A DNA stretch of 64,000 nt from Candidatus Micrarchaeia archaeon (GTDB lineage: Archaea > Micrarchaeota > Micrarchaeia > CABMEP01), in assembly GCA_038881595.1 (NCBI GenBank), contig JAVZPM010000001.1, forward strand, positions 1-64,000, given 5' to 3'. The position numbers and the translations under genes are program-made. Shown here one piece after another: positions 59,336 to 64,000 of this stretch. A model generated the notes under the pieces. The model was given only the letters and a program-made list of their open reading frames with translations. It made no database searches and was not told the origin of the DNA. The first letter of the stretch is position 1. Every line of letters begins with the position of its first letter.

Positions 59336-59429
59336 CTTTAAATTCTATTTTTTAATGCAATTACAGCTAAATATTCGAATAGATTCAAATAAAAATAGAT
59401 TCTAATAAAAAGTGTATTGAAAAAAGATA

Positions 59430-60638
59430 TCACTGCGTCTGTTCTTTTATCTTTGTGTAGATAACATATATTATTACTGCAAAAGCAAATATACTTATGA
59501 AAGTTAACCATGAGAAGCCTTTTGTTGCTTTCTCTATTTCTTTTTCTACTTTAAACGAAACATAGTAGACATTTGAATAATTTGCAGAATTTCCTTGAGA
59601 ATCTGTAGCGATTATAGTATAATTGATCTCATCATTTCCTTCCATTGATATGGAAGTCTCATATCTATCGTTGCCTACGAAAAACATCTTCTGACCTAGC
59701 GACTGTGATGTGTTAGAAGTGTAAGAAAGTATTGGGTTTGAAGATATCCCAGATGCATACCTTCCTCCATCTACAACAACAGCAGAAATATACACCCTAT
59801 TATTTGCAACTCTTGTCTCTACATCTCGTATTATTGGCGGGGTTAGATCATATCTTAAGATAACATTATCTGATGAAATAGTGGTACTTATCTGCTTAGT
59901 AATGTTATTTACTGTAACGTAGAAAGTTGGTTTTAAATCAGAGAAAGACTTGAAAACTACGTAGCTGTTTTCAAGCAATTTTTCTTCTTCTCCGTATCTT
60001 ATCTTTCCATATAATGAATTTCCATTCTCATCTGTCAAGCTTACTTTAAGATCATATATTGGAAGAGAAACATAGGTAACTTGCTTAATAGAAGGATTAA
60101 CTGATGTCTTTGTTGATACTGAACCATACTGAACTGTGAAATCTGATAGCATTGCAGCTGGCAAAAGTATAAATGCATTTCCTCCGCCATCTGTGGTGTA
60201 TGTTACATTGAAGGCTGTTACGTTAGCACCCTGAATTGTATTATTTACTGCATTTCTTACGCTGACTATGTGTGAAATAAAAGGCAGCCAGAGCTGATAG
60301 TTTTTGTTTGTCTTATTTACATCACCAATTGTTGAATTGCTATATCCTCCAAAATCAGCACGGATTGTATATATTCTTTCTATGCATTTTCCAAATGATT
60401 CATCAACCGTATTCATAAATGAGAATGAAACCATTCCGGATTCATTTGTTTTCTTTGTCAGTTCTGAATGCTCTCCGCATTTGCTTGATTGATATATGAC
60501 AGTTACAGGAACGTTTTTCATTGGCAATCCGTCTTTAGAATAAACAGTTACATTTATTGATTCATGCCAAAAAGCAAAAGCCAAAGATGAGATGAATAAT
60601 AGAAGCACAAATGTGGTGATTTGCTTTGCCATTAACAC
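59430..60638 (-). CDS. Surface protein with beta-sandwich (carboxypeptidase-regulatory-like) repeats and C-terminal TM anchor
   Basis: Signal peptide; repeated V..G.P..V.V / T...G patterns; DLTPP; C-terminal TM. Confidence 0.7.
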   Translation of the reverse strand: MLMAKQITTFVLLLFISSLAFAFWHESINVTVYSKDGLPMKNVPVTVIYQSSKCGEHSELTKKTNESGMVSFSFMNTVDESFGKCIERIYTIRADFGGYSNSTIGDVNKTNKNYQLWLPFISHIVSVRNAVNNTIQGANVTAFNVTYTTDGGGNAFILLPAAMLSDFTVQYGSVSTKTSVNPSIKQVTYVSLPIYDLKVSLTDENGNSLYGKIRYGEEEKLLENSYVVFKSFSDLKPTFYVTVNNITKQISTTISSDNVILRYDLTPPIIRDVETRVANNRVYISAVVVDGGRYASGISSNPILSYTSNTSQSLGQKMFFVGNDRYETSISMEGNDEINYTIIATDSQGNSANYSNVYYVSFKVEKEIEKATKGFSWLTFISIFAFAVIIYVIYTKIKEQTQ

Positions 60639-60702
60639 TTACCTCGTTGTGAATCATATTTTCGTATTATAATATTATATCAGTCAGAATTTTAAATCTT
60701 TA

Positions 60703-61332
60703 ATGCAAAGGATTCTCATGGATTTATTAATCATAGCAGAGATCTTCTTTACGGTTTTCCTTCTTAATGCAAATCCAATATTTACAATTCCTACTTGGAT
60801 AGTGGTTGCTTTCTTTGCTGGAAAAACAGATCCTGTTCTACTTATTCCAATCATAGTTATTGCTATATTTGCTTCTGCAATAGGTAGATATGTTCTTGCA
60901 TCTTACTCTAAAAACATAGGAGACAAGGTGCTTCCGAAGAGACAGAAACGTAATATTGAATATCTCAAAGAATTTTTTATTGAAATCGAGAATCCTAAAA
61001 TAGCGTTTATAATTGCATTTCTTTATGCTTTAAGCCCTCTTCCAACAAATGCTTTGTTTGTAGTGGCAGGAATAGCACATCTCAGAATATTGACGCTTAT
61101 TGGAGGGTTCTTCTTAGGAGAACTCCTTTCTAATATAGTATACATAACTGTGCTGGAAACAGCGCTTGAGCAAGTTACATTTTCAACATATGAATATCTT
61201 CTGATGGGAATCATTGGAGTTGGAATCGCAATAGCAATATTCATTATAGACTGGAAAAAGATCATCAAGTCACTTGTTCAAAGAGAACTTGAAAAGAAGA
61301 GCCATTCTGCCATAAGAGAGATGTTTAAATAA
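60703..61332 (+). CDS. Membrane protein, DedA/VTT-like
   Basis: PTW, SAIGRYVL, FLYALSPLPTNALFVVAG. Confidence 0.65.
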   Translation: MQRILMDLLIIAEIFFTVFLLNANPIFTIPTWIVVAFFAGKTDPVLLIPIIVIAIFASAIGRYVLASYSKNIGDKVLPKRQKRNIEYLKEFFIEIENPKIAFIIAFLYALSPLPTNALFVVAGIAHLRILTLIGGFFLGELLSNIVYITVLETALEQVTFSTYEYLLMGIIGVGIAIAIFIIDWKKIIKSLVQRELEKKSHSAIREMFK

Positions 61333-61347
61333 GAATTAAATTTTAGA

Positions 61348-61908
61348 TTAAAAGAATAAATTATTCAAAAGCAATCCGAATAGATAGCATATGATTGCTG
61401 TGGCTACAGTTATTCCAGAATAGAACATTCCGGTTTTAATAACATCTTTCTTTATTATGTTTGCATTATAAGCCCCCAATAAAAATGTAACCAATGCTGC
61501 TATTATAACTGCAGATATAAGCGCTTGTTCTAAAGGAAGAAATACAAAGGGAAGACCTATCAAAATATAGATTATGAATGTCGAAACAAACGTAAGTACG
61601 CCGTTTAGAAATAATTCTCCCGTAGTATGAACATGCTGCGTTCTTCCCATTCTTTTCCTCATTATCTGAATGTTGCGCTCTGAAACCTGAGAAAGATAGA
61701 AGCCTGCAGAATTTCCAAACGAATCAGACAGGCCGAAGATAAGTATAGACAAAACTGCAAGAAAAGGATCATTTGTAGCAGTCACTATACCTACTGCAGC
61801 ACCCAATGCGCATATTGAGCCATCTACTAGCCCAAAGGATATGCCTTCCAAACTTGACAAAATTTCAGATTTTGTAAAACTTTTTTTAGTTTCACTGAAT
61901 GATCTCAT
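61348..61908 (-). CDS. VIT1/CCC1 family transporter
   Basis: SFGLVDGSI, SDSFGNSAGFYLSQVSE; five TMs. Confidence 0.82.
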   Translation of the reverse strand: MRSFSETKKSFTKSEILSSLEGISFGLVDGSICALGAAVGIVTATNDPFLAVLSILIFGLSDSFGNSAGFYLSQVSERNIQIMRKRMGRTQHVHTTGELFLNGVLTFVSTFIIYILIGLPFVFLPLEQALISAVIIAALVTFLLGAYNANIIKKDVIKTGMFYSGITVATAIICYLFGLLLNNLFF

Positions 61909-61982
61909 GATCTACATTTGCATTGAATATTTAAAAGCTTTAAACTACATTATAGAATAGTGCATTCATATAAAGTGATAGC

Positions 61983-62675
61983 TTGAAGATTATAAATCCA
62001 AAATTAAAAATAAAAAATGTAAAGGAAAATATTACTGCTAAGATAAGTACCAAATTAAAAAATGTTAAAAATGTAAAATTCAAAAAACCATATACTGACA
62101 ATCGATTCATACTACTTTCTATTCTTACATCCGCCCCAATAACTTCAGTCTTTCTAGCATATTTCTTTTCATTCCATTCTCCTTATGGGACAGGCATGAT
62201 AAGTCCTTTAAGCTCTTTCTTACTTGCAGGTGTTTTCTTCTCTTTGCTTCCAGGAATGGCAATACTCTACTACAGCAGGAAAGGAAAGGTTGATGTTGAA
62301 TTATCTGAAAGAGAATCTAGGACTCGCTTCTATTTAATGGCTGCAATACTCCAGTTGATTGCTGCTATTATATTCTATACATTTGAACATAAAATAATGT
62401 TCATAACTTCAATTGCATATGCAGTTGCAACAATACTTATGATGTTGATAAATCTAAAATGGAAGATAAGTGCACATGCAAGTGGTATTGCTGGTCCAGT
62501 AACTGCACTTTATGTTGTCTATGGAGAAATAGCACTTCCTCTCTATCTTTTACTTATTCCTATTTTTGCACTTAGATATAAAGTAAAAGCACATACTATA
62601 TGGCAGTTGATAGCTGGTTCTGTTTTATCTATAATTGTTACTTATACTATATTCAGCTTAATGCTATCTGCATAG
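61983..62675 (+). CDS. PAP2-superfamily-like membrane protein
   Basis: ERESR, WKISAHASG, RYKVKAHTIWQLIAG; start uncertain. Confidence 0.7.
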   Translation: MKIINPKLKIKNVKENITAKISTKLKNVKNVKFKKPYTDNRFILLSILTSAPITSVFLAYFFSFHSPYGTGMISPLSSFLLAGVFFSLLPGMAILYYSRKGKVDVELSERESRTRFYLMAAILQLIAAIIFYTFEHKIMFITSIAYAVATILMMLINLKWKISAHASGIAGPVTALYVVYGEIALPLYLLLIPIFALRYKVKAHTIWQLIAGSVLSIIVTYTIFSLMLSA

Positions 62676-62695
62676 AAATATTAGAGTTTATATTA

Positions 62696-62908
62696 CTATT
62701 CAACTTCTATAATCTTCTCTCTTGAAAATGCTCCTTTCAAGAGATTTACAGGTTTATGAAAGTATTCCTCTAACATTTTGATTACTTTAAGTGTTGCTTT
62801 TCCCTTCTCTGGCTTCTCTTTTACTCTTACAGTTATTATTCCGTTTTCCCTATCCTTTATTATTTCTTCTCTCTTAGAATTAGGAATGACCTTTACCTTG
62901 AATTTCAT
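62696..62908 (-). CDS. DUF167 (YggU-like) protein
   Basis: KVKVIPNSK, VRVKEKPEKGKA, GAFSREKIIEV. Confidence 0.88.
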   Translation of the reverse strand: MKFKVKVIPNSKREEIIKDRENGIITVRVKEKPEKGKATLKVIKMLEEYFHKPVNLLKGAFSREKIIEVE

Positions 62909-62931
62909 ATGTACACCAGAATAAAAAGAAA

Positions 62932-63171
62932 TTATAAATGAAATATCTGATCAAGTAAGCCTTTCAATATAAACATTGCTCCGATTATTATCAGAAATCC
63001 AGGACATACAAGACCGAGATCAATAAGTCCGACTGTGACTGCATACCAAAGAACCCCTATCAAAAGAATAATAAGTCCTGCCCAAACAAGACTCTCATTC
63101 TTTCTCCTTCTCCAACTCTTGTCCCATGCCTTACCCCATTTCTCCCAGTCAAATTCTTCATCCTTTGCCAT
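62932..63171 (-). CDS. Small 2-TM membrane protein
   Basis: MAKDEEFDWEKWGKAW...WAGLIILLIG...; the longer track ORF overlaps dus on the opposite strand. Confidence 0.65.
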   Translation of the reverse strand: MAKDEEFDWEKWGKAWDKSWRRRKNESLVWAGLIILLIGVLWYAVTVGLIDLGLVCPGFLIIIGAMFILKGLLDQIFHL

Positions 63172-63244
63172 AAGAATCACAGATATAATTTGAGAAATAT
63201 ATTTAAAACAATTGTGATTACTATCAGATATAAATAGTGAGCAA

Positions 63245-64000
63245 ATGAAGATTGCTAGATTCTCTCTTGCGCCAATACACGAATATACAAATGCCGCATT
63301 TAGACTTATTAGCGAGCGACACAAATGTAAAATGACGTTTGTTCCGCTAGTCAACGTTACTGCTGTCTCAAAAGGAAAATTTATTCCATTCATAAGTGAA
63401 GAAGAAAAAAACGTAACAGTTCAGCTTTCAGGATCAAAACCAGATGAATTTAAAGAAGCTATCAAAGTAATCGAAAAGAAGTATCCGTTTATAAAGGGAT
63501 TCAACATAAATGCCGGCTGCCCTTCACATACTACAATGAAAACAGGTGCTGGAAGCGCTCTTATGAAAAATTATCACCTCCTCTTTCAAATAATTAAGGA
63601 GTGCAAAAAAGAAACAACTCTTCCTGTTTCAGTTAAGACAAGAATTTTTAGTGAAAAGGAAAAAACGATTGAATTCTATAAAGGTATAGAAGATTCAGGT
63701 GCTGATTTTCTTATTGTTCATGGAAGAACTGTAAAACAAGGGTATTCAGGAAATGTCGATTGGAATATCATAAAAACAGCAAATGAGGAGATGGAAATAC
63801 CTGTAGTTGGAAATGGCAATGTGAGAAATCTTGAAGAAGGAAAAGAAAAAATAAAAAATGGATTTTGCAGTGGGATAATGATCGGAAGGGCTGCGCTTCA
63901 AAACCCAAGAGTATTTGAAGGTAAGAATGAACTTACGAATAGAGAGAGAATTGAAACAGCTCTAGAATATTATAAAATATGTGAAAATCTAGGTTTAATA
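63245..64000 (+). CDS. tRNA-dihydrouridine synthase (Dus), runs off the window edge
   Basis: Not in track. My translation: MKIARFSLAPIHEYTNAAFR...VQLSGS...NINAGCP...GAGSAL...PVSVKTR...VHGRT...GNGNV...MIGR. Confidence 0.92.
   Translation, partial: MKIARFSLAPIHEYTNAAFRLISERHKCKMTFVPLVNVTAVSKGKFIPFISEEEKNVTVQLSGSKPDEFKEAIKVIEKKYPFIKGFNINAGCPSHTTMKTGAGSALMKNYHLLFQIIKECKKETTLPVSVKTRIFSEKEKTIEFYKGIEDSGADFLIVHGRTVKQGYSGNVDWNIIKTANEEMEIPVVGNGNVRNLEEGKEKIKNGFCSGIMIGRAALQNPRVFEGKNELTNRERIETALEYYKICENLGLI

Overview
AT-rich archaeal chromosome segment. The gene set (EF-1alpha, S8e, RFC, Cgi121, class I CCA enzyme, short AlaRS) and compact organisation suggest a DPANN lineage such as Micrarchaeota; this is inference and needs a marker-gene tree. 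Most of the window is housekeeping: apgM, eno, rad50, tuf-rpsJ, scpAB, gatCAB, cca, rfcS, ileS, alaS, dus, two lipid enzymes and five tRNAs, one with an intron. There are two accessory blocks. (1) A type IV pilus region at 16.0-29.7 kb: five class III signal-peptide proteins, a large adhesin-like gene with an exact 215-bp internal duplication, a KaiC-like ATPase missing two canonical catalytic residues, two winged-helix-like proteins, and a TadA-like ATPase with two membrane platform genes. (2) A complete type I-B CRISPR-Cas locus at 47.1-56.6 kb: cas6-cas8-cas7-cas5-cas3-cas4-cas1-cas2, a leader, and 19 repeats/18 spacers. It has an atypical repeat 3' end and a strong in-frame internal start in cas8 that predicts a hidden Cas11. 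Other notable items are an unannotated 59-aa FYVE-spaced zinc finger and a Zn-ribbon protein whose tail resembles the ribosomal stalk motif. All calls come from reading motifs by eye; no database searches were run.
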